Shown piece by piece: positions 40,326 to 49,537 of a DNA stretch of 64,000 nucleotides (the stretch's first letter is position 1; each line of letters opens with the position of its first letter). The position numbers were made by a program, and so were the translations under genes. The notes under the pieces were generated by a model. The model saw only the letters and a program-made list of their open reading frames with translations. It was not told the DNA's origin and ran no database searches. The DNA is from Cyanophyceae cyanobacterium. GTDB taxonomy: Bacteria; Cyanobacteriota; Cyanobacteriia; Cyanobacteriales; JBHJGN01. Where the stretch lies: contig JBHJGN010000057.1 in assembly GCA_050331735.1 (NCBI GenBank), forward strand, positions 15,432-79,431, given 5' to 3'.

Positions 40326-41525
40326 ATGGCAACCAGTGAAAGTATTGGCGCTATCTCCCTGGGACTGCTGTTGTTTCAGGGAGTAGCCTTCTTGATTCTG
40401 CTGTCGCGGCTTCTCAAAGGTCCGAGTCGTCTTCGTCCTCTGGAGCCGCAGTCTCCTGTCCCTCAACAGTTAGGGCTTGTCAGTATTGTGGTGCCGACGC
40501 TCAACGAAGTCGAGCGGATTGGTCCTTGTTTAGCGGGCCTAAGTCATCAAAGCTACGAGGTCCGAGAAATTATCGTGGTGGATAGTTGTTCCCAAGATGG
40601 CACGAGGAACAAAGTGCGAGAGGCTCAATGCCGAGATCCTCGCTTTCGATTAATCACTGACGATCCGCTGCCGTCTGGCTGGGTTGGTCGTCCTTGGGCT
40701 TTGCACACTGGTTTTATGAAGTCTTCGCCTAAAAGCCAGTGGATTCTGAATATTGATGCCGATACTCAGCCCCAGCCCGGATTAGTTTCCAGTTTAGTCA
40801 CCGCCGCTGATACCTACGGCTACGATCTGGTGTCGCTAGCTCCTCAATTTATTCTGAAGTCTCCTGGAGAATGGTGGCTACAGCCATCCCTGCTCATGAC
40901 TTTGATTTATCGCTTCGAGCCAGCCGGGTTGTCGGCACCGCCAGAAAGAGTGATGGCAAATGGACAGTGTTTTTTGTGTCGCCGCTCAGTTTTAGACAAG
41001 CTAGGAGGCTATATGCTTGCCGCCCGCTCTTTTTGCGACGATGTTACCTTAGCTCGTTCTGCGGCAGCTCAAGGCTTCCGCGTTGGCTTTCTCGATGGAG
41101 CTAAAGTTGTTCGAGTCCGTATGTACGAAGGAGCGGCTGAAACCTGGCGGGAATGGGGCAGATCCCTCGATCTTAAAGATGCTGCTTCACCGGGGCAGCT
41201 GGGGTTAGAGCTATGGCTGCTGCTGAGCGTTCAGGGACTTCCTCTGGTGCTGTCGCTGCTGGGAGCCTGGTTGCTGCCTCACTATTTCTCCCGGTTTTTG
41301 CTAGCGGCGTTCGGGCTGAATCTATTATTGCTGGTCATTCGCTTTGCGATGCTGTGGGCGATCGCCCCCTCTTATGCTCGCTCCCAACCGACTCTGGCTG
41401 CTTGGTTGTTTTGGCTGTCTCCTTTCTCCGACCCCCTTGCCGTTCTGCGCATTTTTCTGTCAGCAAGTCAAACGCCAAAACAGTGGCGCGGTCGAGTTTA
41501 CGACACTGATGGCACAACAGTCTAA
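40326..41525 (+). CDS. cruG: Carotenoid 2'-O-glycosyltransferase
   Basis: GT2 motifs VPTLNE, IDAD, MANGQCF, CDDVTLAR, WRGR; 5 nt after cruF. Confidence 0.88.
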   Translation: MATSESIGAISLGLLLFQGVAFLILLSRLLKGPSRLRPLEPQSPVPQQLGLVSIVVPTLNEVERIGPCLAGLSHQSYEVREIIVVDSCSQDGTRNKVREAQCRDPRFRLITDDPLPSGWVGRPWALHTGFMKSSPKSQWILNIDADTQPQPGLVSSLVTAADTYGYDLVSLAPQFILKSPGEWWLQPSLLMTLIYRFEPAGLSAPPERVMANGQCFLCRRSVLDKLGGYMLAARSFCDDVTLARSAAAQGFRVGFLDGAKVVRVRMYEGAAETWREWGRSLDLKDAASPGQLGLELWLLLSVQGLPLVLSLLGAWLLPHYFSRFLLAAFGLNLLLLVIRFAMLWAIAPSYARSQPTLAAWLFWLSPFSDPLAVLRIFLSASQTPKQWRGRVYDTDGTTV

Positions 41526-41577
41526 CTCGAGCAAACCAGGTTTGCTCAATCTTCAACAGAGCTGTTCTGCTATCCGC

Positions 41578-41850
41578 TTAATCTACCCGCTCTAGCTGCC
41601 ATAAAATTTGATTGCCTTCTCGCCGGACGCGCGATACCACCCAATTTCTCCACGACCAGTGATCCCCACGACTTGTAACAGCGCTCGCGTTAATATCCAT
41701 CAAATCCGCTAGTTCAGAACTGCTGATCAGGTAGCCTTGATTTGCTACCTCGTCAGCAATGCGCAGCGTTAAGATGAGATTGTTTAACTGGGCTACCCTG
41801 ACTTCCCGTGGTAGCTGCTGTTCTTCTGGTGGTACGGGGGACTCGTTCAT
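41578..41850 (-). CDS. Conserved cyanobacterial hypothetical protein
   Basis: LISSSELADLMDINASAVTSRG..WSWRNW pattern; probable ATG at MNES. Confidence 0.7.
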   Translation of the reverse strand: MNESPVPPEEQQLPREVRVAQLNNLILTLRIADEVANQGYLISSSELADLMDINASAVTSRGDHWSWRNWVVSRVRREGNQILWQLERVD

Positions 41851-42325
41851 AATTTGACTCTTCAATTTAAAGAGATTGATCTTTTTGGATGTCGTTGTCT
41901 GCTCAGACTCAGCTCATTATCTTGTTACCGTTGTATCAGGAACTGCTAACTTCAATCTGGCGTTGAGTAAGAGCTAGGAGAGCAAACCAGCGACGGTTGT
42001 TTGTTGGATTACCAGAGACCGACCATAAATCATGGTGATGCTGAGAAAATAGGGAAGACTTTGGACCCCCTTTTCCTCTGCTGAGACTGTAACGCTAGAC
42101 CCATTCTGCTTTTAATTCAACTACAATTAAAAGAGAGAAGCGTCAATTTACAGCAATAAAGCAGTTTTCTGATGAATTTTCGGCTTTTTTGACCACTAGG
42201 ACGGTAGCCTAATTCCTTTTATAGCACATTCCCCCCTAGCAACAAGATAATTAGGTAATCAATAGACCTGAATCAGACGCAAATAGGCTGACCGTTTGTT
42301 CGGCCTTGTTCAGCTTTGACTTGAT

Positions 42326-44227
42326 ATGTCCTATGAACCCCTTCATCACAAATATCGACCCCGAACTTTTGCGGAGCTCGTGGGTCAAGAAGCAATTGCT
42401 ACAGCGCTGACGAACGCGATTTCCAGCGGCAGAATCGTTCCAGCTTACTTATTGACGGGTCCGAGGGGAACGGGAAAAACTTCTTCTGCCCGCATTTTAG
42501 CGAAATCTCTTAACTGTCTCACCAGCGAACGGCCAACTTCAACTCCTTGTGGTCAATGCGAAGTTTGCCGAGCGATCGCGCGCGGTACAGCTCTAGACGT
42601 GATTGAAATTGATGCGGCCAGCAATACTGGAGTCGATCATATTCGCGAACTTATCGAGCGGGCTCAGTTTGCTCCGGTACAGTGCCGCTACAAAGTCTAC
42701 GTCATCGACGAATGCCACATGCTCAGTACAGCCGCGTTCAATGCGCTGCTCAAAACTTTGGAAGAACCGCCGCCGCGGGTGGTGTTTGTGCTAGCTACAA
42801 CCGATCCGCAGCGAGTTTTGCCTACAATCATCTCTCGCTGCCAACGATTTGACTACCGGCGCATTCCCACAGACGCTATGGTAATTCATCTGCGGAAGAT
42901 TGCCCAGGCCGAAAACATCAACATCAGCGATGAAGCCCTCTTTCTCGTCGCTCAAGTAGCCAACGGCGGCTTAAGAGATGCTCAAAGTTTGCTCGAGCAG
43001 CTCAGCTTGCTCTCAGGACTGGTGACCCCAGAAAGAATCTGGGATTTGGTGGGGTTTGTTCCCGAACAGGATTTGCTGGCGCTGCTAGCGGCGATCGCTC
43101 AACAAGACCCAGAAGGAATTTTAGCCCGATGCCGCAGTATTCTCAATCGCGGACGAGAACCGCTCGTCGTGCTGCAAAACCTAGCTAACTTCTACCTCAA
43201 CCTCCTGATTGCTAAAACAGCGCCTGGGCAAACGGAGCTCGTCACCGTCACTGAATCGACTTGGCAGCAGTTGTGCGCTCAGGCTGCTCTCTGGGAGTTT
43301 GAAGCCATTTTGCGCGGGCAACGGGTGCTCAAAGAAAGCGAAGCACAGCTTAAAAGCACGTCCCAGCCCCGCCTGTGGCTGGAAATCACCCTTTTGGAGC
43401 TATTATCTCCCTCAGTCATCTTGAGCGAGCCAAGTAGCTCCCCGTTGCTAGCGTCGACTCCTCCACCGGAACCCGACCAACCGCAAGCTGACGTCCCGCC
43501 CGAGCCTCAGCTAGCGCCTGTCACCCAGCCCTCTCCCTACTGCTCATCGCCACCCACCGCCGTTGCGACTTCTGAATTAAAATCGCTCTGGCAGCAGATG
43601 CTCGAACAGCTACATCCTCCCACGACTCAGGCACTGCTCAGTCAGCACTGCTATCTGCTCGAATTTGAAGGTGTTGTCGCTGTCATTGGAGCCAAGAACA
43701 AAGCGTTGCTCGGCATTGCTCAAAGTAAATTGACCAATATCGAAGCGGCTTTTGCAGCGGTTTGCCAGCACCCGATAACCGTCAAGCTGCGGGTCGCCGC
43801 TACATCAGAGGTTAGCTGGCAACCTAGTCAATCTCCAGCCGGAGACCCTCCCACTTCTGAGGTTAAGGGAGAGGCTCGCCTCCCCCAGAGCCAATTTAAC
43901 GCAACGATCCAGGCAAGCTCGTCAACGCCATCTGCTCCCCCGCTATCCTCGATGATTGAATCACCAACGCAGACTGCTGCGGAGGCGCCAGCAGCAGTAG
44001 CAGAAAGCGCAGACGAAGCCGATATCGATGAGGTCCGGCGAGCGGCTGAAAGTCTGGCTCAGTGTTTTGATGGCGAACTTGTCTCCCCAGATGAGCGAGC
44101 GTATTCCCAGCCCTCTCCCCTAGAAGCGGCTCAACGGAACCAGGGGACTGAGCGATCGCCTGCTCAGTCCCCTCTTATTTCGGGACGACCAGAGATCGCT
44201 GACTTAGACGATGACATTCCATTTTAA
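42326..44227 (+). CDS. dnaX: DNA polymerase III subunit gamma/tau
   Basis: KYRPRTF, GPRGTGKT, zinc Cys cluster, EIDAAS, DECHML, SRC; DDDIPF tail. Confidence 0.96.
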   Translation: MSYEPLHHKYRPRTFAELVGQEAIATALTNAISSGRIVPAYLLTGPRGTGKTSSARILAKSLNCLTSERPTSTPCGQCEVCRAIARGTALDVIEIDAASNTGVDHIRELIERAQFAPVQCRYKVYVIDECHMLSTAAFNALLKTLEEPPPRVVFVLATTDPQRVLPTIISRCQRFDYRRIPTDAMVIHLRKIAQAENINISDEALFLVAQVANGGLRDAQSLLEQLSLLSGLVTPERIWDLVGFVPEQDLLALLAAIAQQDPEGILARCRSILNRGREPLVVLQNLANFYLNLLIAKTAPGQTELVTVTESTWQQLCAQAALWEFEAILRGQRVLKESEAQLKSTSQPRLWLEITLLELLSPSVILSEPSSSPLLASTPPPEPDQPQADVPPEPQLAPVTQPSPYCSSPPTAVATSELKSLWQQMLEQLHPPTTQALLSQHCYLLEFEGVVAVIGAKNKALLGIAQSKLTNIEAAFAAVCQHPITVKLRVAATSEVSWQPSQSPAGDPPTSEVKGEARLPQSQFNATIQASSSTPSAPPLSSMIESPTQTAAEAPAAVAESADEADIDEVRRAAESLAQCFDGELVSPDERAYSQPSPLEAAQRNQGTERSPAQSPLISGRPEIADLDDDIPF

Positions 44228-44340
44228 TGAGGCTGCCTTCGCCCCGAACCCAACTTCTGCCATCATACCTAGCGATTGCTCTCTCAAATGACTTGGCTAC
44301 GCTCCGGCAAAACGAGGGGAAAGCGGGTCAAAGCAAACAA

Positions 44341-44366
44341 GAGCAGGACAGCCATTCGTCCTGCTC
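44341..44366. terminator. Hairpin between convergent dnaX and the GDSL/RTX gene
   Basis: GAGCAGGAC-8 nt-GTCCTGCTC, a perfect 9-bp stem. Confidence 0.6.
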
Positions 44367-44389
44367 CCCATTATGAACTCCAGTTGAGC

Positions 44390-46222
44390 TTAGCTGAAGG
44401 ATAAATCTGCCGTTGCTACGACAGCCCGATCGGCGTTGAACCTTACAAACTCGATATCGAGCAGAGTATCTCTACCGATACTGTCGCCCGCAGCAGTGAA
44501 GTTATCGGCACTTCCCATAAAGATATAGTCGCTCTGGGAGCCACTGTATTCGACGACATCAGCAGTCACCCGGTAGGTCTCACCATCGAGAGCCGTGAAG
44601 TGGGTCTGGCGATCGTCCCGTCCGACTTCGCCTTGACCGTCAAAAACATTATCACTGCCGTTGCCAATAAAGCGATCGTTGGTGCTGGTGCCAATGACGT
44701 TTTCGATGTGTCTGAGGGTATCGCTCCAGCGTAGCGAGTTATTTGTACTAGAGTGGACTGCTTTTTTCCGCTCTAGATTGACATCCAGTCCCGCTACTGA
44801 CCCAAAGACCCCCGCAAAACTTAAGTCAGAATAATCAGCAGTATCAGTGCCGTCCCCGCCATTTATAGTGTCATTGCCAACTCCTCCGTTGAGCAAGTCG
44901 TTTCCCCGATTGCCGCGCAGGCGATCATCCCCACTCTTGCCGAAAAGTACATCATCACCTCGTCCGCCTTTCAGCGTGTCGTTCTTCCGACCGCCATAGA
45001 TAATGTCGCTACCCCGACCGCCGCTAATAATGCTGACATCTCCATCGTAGTCATCAAAGCGGTCGATGCGGTCTGCTGCCAAAATATCGTTACCGCGACC
45101 GCCGCTAATGTCGTCCCCGCCACGTCCGCCGGTAATAATATCGTTGCCACGTCCACCGGTGATGGTGTCGTTGCCGTTGTCACCCACGATGCGATCGTTA
45201 CTGCGGCTGCCTTCGATGAAGTCATCGCCGCGACTGCCTCTAATATCGTTAATGGCAACATCCGGCTCAAAGTCTTCAAATAAGGTGTCCCCAACAGCAT
45301 TGTCAGCTAGGGTGTCAGCGACAGAATCTGCTAGTAAAGCGTAAGCATCCGTGGTGAGATGTCCATCGTCCCAAAATACATAGTTCTCCGGGCTACCCTC
45401 AGCAAATACGGGTTCTTGATTTGAGAAGGTTAAGTAGGGATCGGAGGAATTATCAAAACTAGCGATAAACTCATTTTCTAAAGAAAAGAGATCGTACTCA
45501 ACAATTTCGATACCCAGAGCTAATTCTAGATTGTTGAGGGTCATGGCCAAAGCATTATTATAGGCTACTGTTAGCGTAGTGAGAGCCCCTTCTCCTATAA
45601 TTTGTCCTCCTCCTGGCAGAGAGGCTAGAAAATTGCGGCCAGCTGGAAAGAACTCTAAATCTAGTGAATTTAGAACCAGAAACTGCTCCGCATTAGCCTT
45701 CTCATGAAGAGTTGTGATCGCTGTTGCTAAGTTACTAACTGCCGTTAAGACTGTATTTTCTATAAGGTTTTGTACCAGTAGGTTGAGTTCTTCAGGAGTC
45801 GCATCAGGGTTCTGCTCCAGTAAAGTAAGTAAGTCAGCTCCTAGGTTTATAACATCATTTCCTAGAGGGTTAGAGCTAATTACATAAAGGTCGTCAGAAG
45901 AATTAGGCTCTTGCCCGAATAGTTCAGCTCGGTCAATGTCTTTGACGTACTCATCTACCTGCATTAGTAGCCCTCTTTCCTGATCTCCCGTCTGAGCACC
46001 ACCAATGGCATAATTAACGTTCAGATGAGGGGCTACAGGAAAAGGAACTTCGGTCTGTGGTCTAAGATCCTCCACCAGATATTCTGTCCAAAGGGGTCCA
46101 TTGGAAAACCTACCATCGAAGTAAGGAGGACTGGGAGGAACACGTTGATCGGTAATATTGAACTCGTTCCCGTTATCTTCGGTGCTGGCTCCGAAGAAAT
46201 AGATCTGGTCAATACTTGTCAT
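44390..46222 (-). CDS. SGNH/GDSL hydrolase domain fused to RTX Ca2+-binding repeats
   Basis: FGASTEDNGN, GRFSNGPLW, NYAIGGA, GND, FWDDGH; then GGRGND nonapeptide repeats; no signal peptide. Confidence 0.85.
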   Translation of the reverse strand: MTSIDQIYFFGASTEDNGNEFNITDQRVPPSPPYFDGRFSNGPLWTEYLVEDLRPQTEVPFPVAPHLNVNYAIGGAQTGDQERGLLMQVDEYVKDIDRAELFGQEPNSSDDLYVISSNPLGNDVINLGADLLTLLEQNPDATPEELNLLVQNLIENTVLTAVSNLATAITTLHEKANAEQFLVLNSLDLEFFPAGRNFLASLPGGGQIIGEGALTTLTVAYNNALAMTLNNLELALGIEIVEYDLFSLENEFIASFDNSSDPYLTFSNQEPVFAEGSPENYVFWDDGHLTTDAYALLADSVADTLADNAVGDTLFEDFEPDVAINDIRGSRGDDFIEGSRSNDRIVGDNGNDTITGGRGNDIITGGRGGDDISGGRGNDILAADRIDRFDDYDGDVSIISGGRGSDIIYGGRKNDTLKGGRGDDVLFGKSGDDRLRGNRGNDLLNGGVGNDTINGGDGTDTADYSDLSFAGVFGSVAGLDVNLERKKAVHSSTNNSLRWSDTLRHIENVIGTSTNDRFIGNGSDNVFDGQGEVGRDDRQTHFTALDGETYRVTADVVEYSGSQSDYIFMGSADNFTAAGDSIGRDTLLDIEFVRFNADRAVVATADLSFS

Positions 46223-46402
46223 ACTTGCTTTGTTTGTAAATTTTTAAGATGAGCGAAAGCTGATTCGGGCTGTAAACTGCTCTATATTAGTCTTTGAGAG
46301 CTTTTTTGAGAAGCTTGTCGAGCAAGTAAAATGTAGGGAAAAAGTAAGTTTTTTAGTTTGAGGCGTTGATCTCCATTCCCTCACTATTGATAAAGCTCGC
46401 TC

Positions 46403-46443
46403 GACAAATCGCCCTTTCTGTAGGTAAGAAAAAGGGCGATGTC
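46403..46443. terminator. Stem-loop downstream of mgdA
   Basis: ATCGCCCTTT...AAAGGGCGAT. Confidence 0.55.
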
Positions 46444-46550
46444 AGTCACAAGCCCACTCATCAATTAAAGGGCTTTAATATTTACTGGTTGGCAATGCTC
46501 AGTATTAACTCATTCAAGAGTTCAGGAACCGCACTAAGACATGACTGGAT

Positions 46551-47972
46551 TTACACAAAGCTTTCCTCGCTACTGCCTTCATGAACAGTTTTGACCCACT
46601 TCAGGCGCTTGGGTCGCACAGACAGGCGAGCGGTGGTGCTAGCTATGACAAACAGCCAATGAAGCATATACACCATGCCTCGTAGCGTCTGTAAAGCAAT
46701 GACTACAAGAGTAGCAAAGCTAAGTCGTTCTCTCTGAGTGCGTCGCAGCCCGGTAAACATAGCCCAGCAGCACAAGGAAAGCAATAAACCAGACAAAGGA
46801 CTGAGCAGAGAAAGACGTTGGCGAGTAACGACCATCAGCAGGTCGGGAACAGCGGCTGTTGGTAAAAGATATTGCAACAGCATAAAAGAGAGTAAATCGA
46901 GAGTTTTGCTAAATCCCATGCGATTACTAGCAATTAAACGCCAGTAGTCTAAATAGCGCTGATAGCCTCCTTCTGCCCAGCGGCTGCGCTGATGCCATAA
47001 AGCGATCGCGTTTGTGACTCCTTCTTCTGCAACAGCCGGAAATTCGAGAAACCCAATCTTCCACCGGTCGAGATGAAGACGAATCGTTAAGTCCAGGTCG
47101 TCGGTGATAGTTTGCTCATTCCATCCCCCGCAGCGTTCCAACGCAGTACGACGCACAAACTGACCATTACCGCGCAGTTCACCGATGCCGCCAATGGCAA
47201 TACGATGCTGCTGAATGGTGCTGTCGAGAGCCATTTCTGCCATTTGCCCCAGGGTCCAGAAATTTTCAGGGGCGTTGGTGATGGCTTTTCTCGCCTGTAC
47301 GGCTCCGATTTCCGGCTCGCTAAACAGGGGGACAACTCGCCGCAGGATGTCTGCTGGCACTTGGGCATCGGCGTCGAATACGCCAACAATTTCACCTTTA
47401 GTAAGTGGCAGTACCTGATTTAAGGCTCCTGATTTACCCCCACTCGCACCAGCGGAACGGTGCAGCACTTGCAGTTGGGGATACTCCTGAACGAGCCGAT
47501 CGAGAATTTTGGGAGTTTCATCTGTACTGCGGTCGTCCACGATCCAGACCTCGTAGCGGTCGGCTGGATAGTCTAAGTGGCACAGATTTTTAACCAGATT
47601 CCCGATGACCGCTGCTTCGTTTTTGGCTGCCACAACTAAGGTAACAGCCGGAGCGCCAACGGAATCTTCAGCAAGCAGGACGCTGGCTGATTCAGGACAA
47701 GCTATCACGAAACGAATGGCCTGAATCGAGAGAAGGCTGGTCAAAGCGAGCACTACCCAAAACCCCCAAGATACAAGATAAAGAGCAATAGTGATGCTCC
47801 ATACCGCCATCAGCACAAAAGCCGCTTTCCGTCTGCGTCCTGACAACCCCTGAAAAAAGTCGCTTCTAAACTCTTCCTCTTCTTCTTCTGGATCAGACCA
47901 CTCCGACAGGAGAGAACTAATTGGGTCAAGGTCTCGCTCGGAGTCAGATTCTAGCCATTTTTTTTTAGACAT
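46551..47972 (-). CDS. mgdA: Monoglucosyldiacylglycerol synthase (GT2)
   Basis: AAKNE, DD.STD, GKSGALN, FDAD, ELRGNGQF, TDDLD, QRSRW; divergent from an mgdE-like gene. Confidence 0.85.
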   Translation of the reverse strand: MSKKKWLESDSERDLDPISSLLSEWSDPEEEEEEFRSDFFQGLSGRRRKAAFVLMAVWSITIALYLVSWGFWVVLALTSLLSIQAIRFVIACPESASVLLAEDSVGAPAVTLVVAAKNEAAVIGNLVKNLCHLDYPADRYEVWIVDDRSTDETPKILDRLVQEYPQLQVLHRSAGASGGKSGALNQVLPLTKGEIVGVFDADAQVPADILRRVVPLFSEPEIGAVQARKAITNAPENFWTLGQMAEMALDSTIQQHRIAIGGIGELRGNGQFVRRTALERCGGWNEQTITDDLDLTIRLHLDRWKIGFLEFPAVAEEGVTNAIALWHQRSRWAEGGYQRYLDYWRLIASNRMGFSKTLDLLSFMLLQYLLPTAAVPDLLMVVTRQRLSLLSPLSGLLLSLCCWAMFTGLRRTQRERLSFATLVVIALQTLRGMVYMLHWLFVIASTTARLSVRPKRLKWVKTVHEGSSEESFV

Positions 47973-48274
47973 ATTTAGCTGGTTTTGTCAAGGACAATAG
48001 ATAAATAAAGAGGGAGAATAGGACCGACTTATAGAGCCGAAACGTCGATATTAGCGACGTTATTGGTGATGGATAGGCTGGAAGGATTACCGTTTCATTG
48101 TATCTAAAATCGTTAAATTTCTTAGCAAAAAATTAATGGTGCCAGCCTCAGAGTCGATAAATTTTTCTATAGTTAGTCGTCAAGGACTACTTCTACTAGC
48201 GTCGATTTTCTCTTCCTGCCAAAAATTGATTAGACTTGAATTCTAGACATTGTTACGCTCCTATTAACGACTGA

Positions 48275-49531
48275 ATGGCAATCTCAACGGCGCTGCTGAA
48301 AATAGCAGAGAGTGGGCTAGTGGCCCTCAGTTCCATTGTGTGGGTAGAATCAGTGCGAGACGGCTACCATATCCTATCTCATCGCTGGAAGCCGCTCTAT
48401 CGTCTTCATTCATGGCATCACCGCGTTTTTCGCCCCGACCTAACGGCGGCTAGCGAGCAGATTTATCGGCAAGCCCATTGGTATAATGACGTACCGGAGT
48501 CCTTGGTGATGCTGCTGTTGAGCGTACTGTTTAGCTGGGTAGCGCTTGCGGTTTTCCCTTCTCACGGATGGTCAGCCTGGACTGGTTCTGTTTATACTCT
48601 GACTTTCCTCGCTAGTGCGATCGCTCGGGGATGCGGGGTTGCCTATGTTGACGAACTGACCGATCTGACTCATCGACCTGGAAAGTTTAACCAATTACCG
48701 GCTCGCTGGTTGGTCAATCGACCATATCACTGGCGACACCACTTTGACAATCAACAGGCTTACTACTGCGGAATATTGACATTGATAGATAAAATCATGG
48801 GAACGGCGCTGTCCCTTAAGGGAAAAACCATTGCCGTTACGGGAGCTTCGGGAACTCTAGGTCGCTCGCTGCTGAAGCATCTGCACCTTCGAGGAGCTAA
48901 GGTCATCGCCCTGTCTTCTTCCTCAGAGCCGGTGACGCTAGAGGACGGGAAACTGCTGCTCAAAACAGTGACGTGGCAAGTGGGTCAGGAAGAAGCCCTC
49001 GCATCACAATTAGAAGCAATCGATATTTTAGTAATTAATCACGGCGTCAACGTTCATCAGCGAAGAGATCGAGAGGCGATCGCCCTTTCCTATGAAGTCA
49101 ACGCTTGGTCTAGCTGGCGCTTACTCGAACTCTTCTTGCAAACTGTTCGCACCAACAAAGACAAAGCTTGTAAAGAAGTGTGGATCAATACGTCAGAAGC
49201 AGAAGTTAATCCGGCTTTTAGTCCTCTCTACGAACTGAGTAAACGTACGCTTGGAGATCTGGTGACTTTACGCCGTCTTGATGCTCCCTGTATTATCCGT
49301 AAGCTCATTCTTGGCCCTTTTAAAAGCAACCTCAATCCCATCGGAGTCATGTCGGCAGACTGGGTTGCTCGACAGATTGTGAATTTGGCCCAGCGAGACG
49401 TTCGCAACATAATCGTGACAATTAACCCGTTGACCTGGTTTGTTTTTCCAGTTAAGGAGCTTTTGGTTTCTACTTACTTCAAGCTATTCAGCACCAAAGC
49501 GAAAGCAGATCCTCAAGCGGTCAACCGCTGA
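48275..49531 (+). CDS. mgdE: Monoglucosyldiacylglycerol epimerase (hydroxylase-like plus SDR)
   Basis: His boxes HILSH, HSWHH and YHWRHH; TGASGTLG; NTSEAE, YELSK. Confidence 0.85.
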   Translation: MAISTALLKIAESGLVALSSIVWVESVRDGYHILSHRWKPLYRLHSWHHRVFRPDLTAASEQIYRQAHWYNDVPESLVMLLLSVLFSWVALAVFPSHGWSAWTGSVYTLTFLASAIARGCGVAYVDELTDLTHRPGKFNQLPARWLVNRPYHWRHHFDNQQAYYCGILTLIDKIMGTALSLKGKTIAVTGASGTLGRSLLKHLHLRGAKVIALSSSSEPVTLEDGKLLLKTVTWQVGQEEALASQLEAIDILVINHGVNVHQRRDREAIALSYEVNAWSSWRLLELFLQTVRTNKDKACKEVWINTSEAEVNPAFSPLYELSKRTLGDLVTLRRLDAPCIIRKLILGPFKSNLNPIGVMSADWVARQIVNLAQRDVRNIIVTINPLTWFVFPVKELLVSTYFKLFSTKAKADPQAVNR

Positions 49532-49537
49532 CAGAAT

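Noticed and set aside
41866..42325. SRP RNA (ffs) upstream of dnaX
   Set aside because: The conserved SRP domain IV motif was not found by eye.
42326..44227. Intein or programmed frameshift in dnaX
   Set aside because: The DECHMLS region is uninterrupted and no A-AAA-AAG slippery site was seen.
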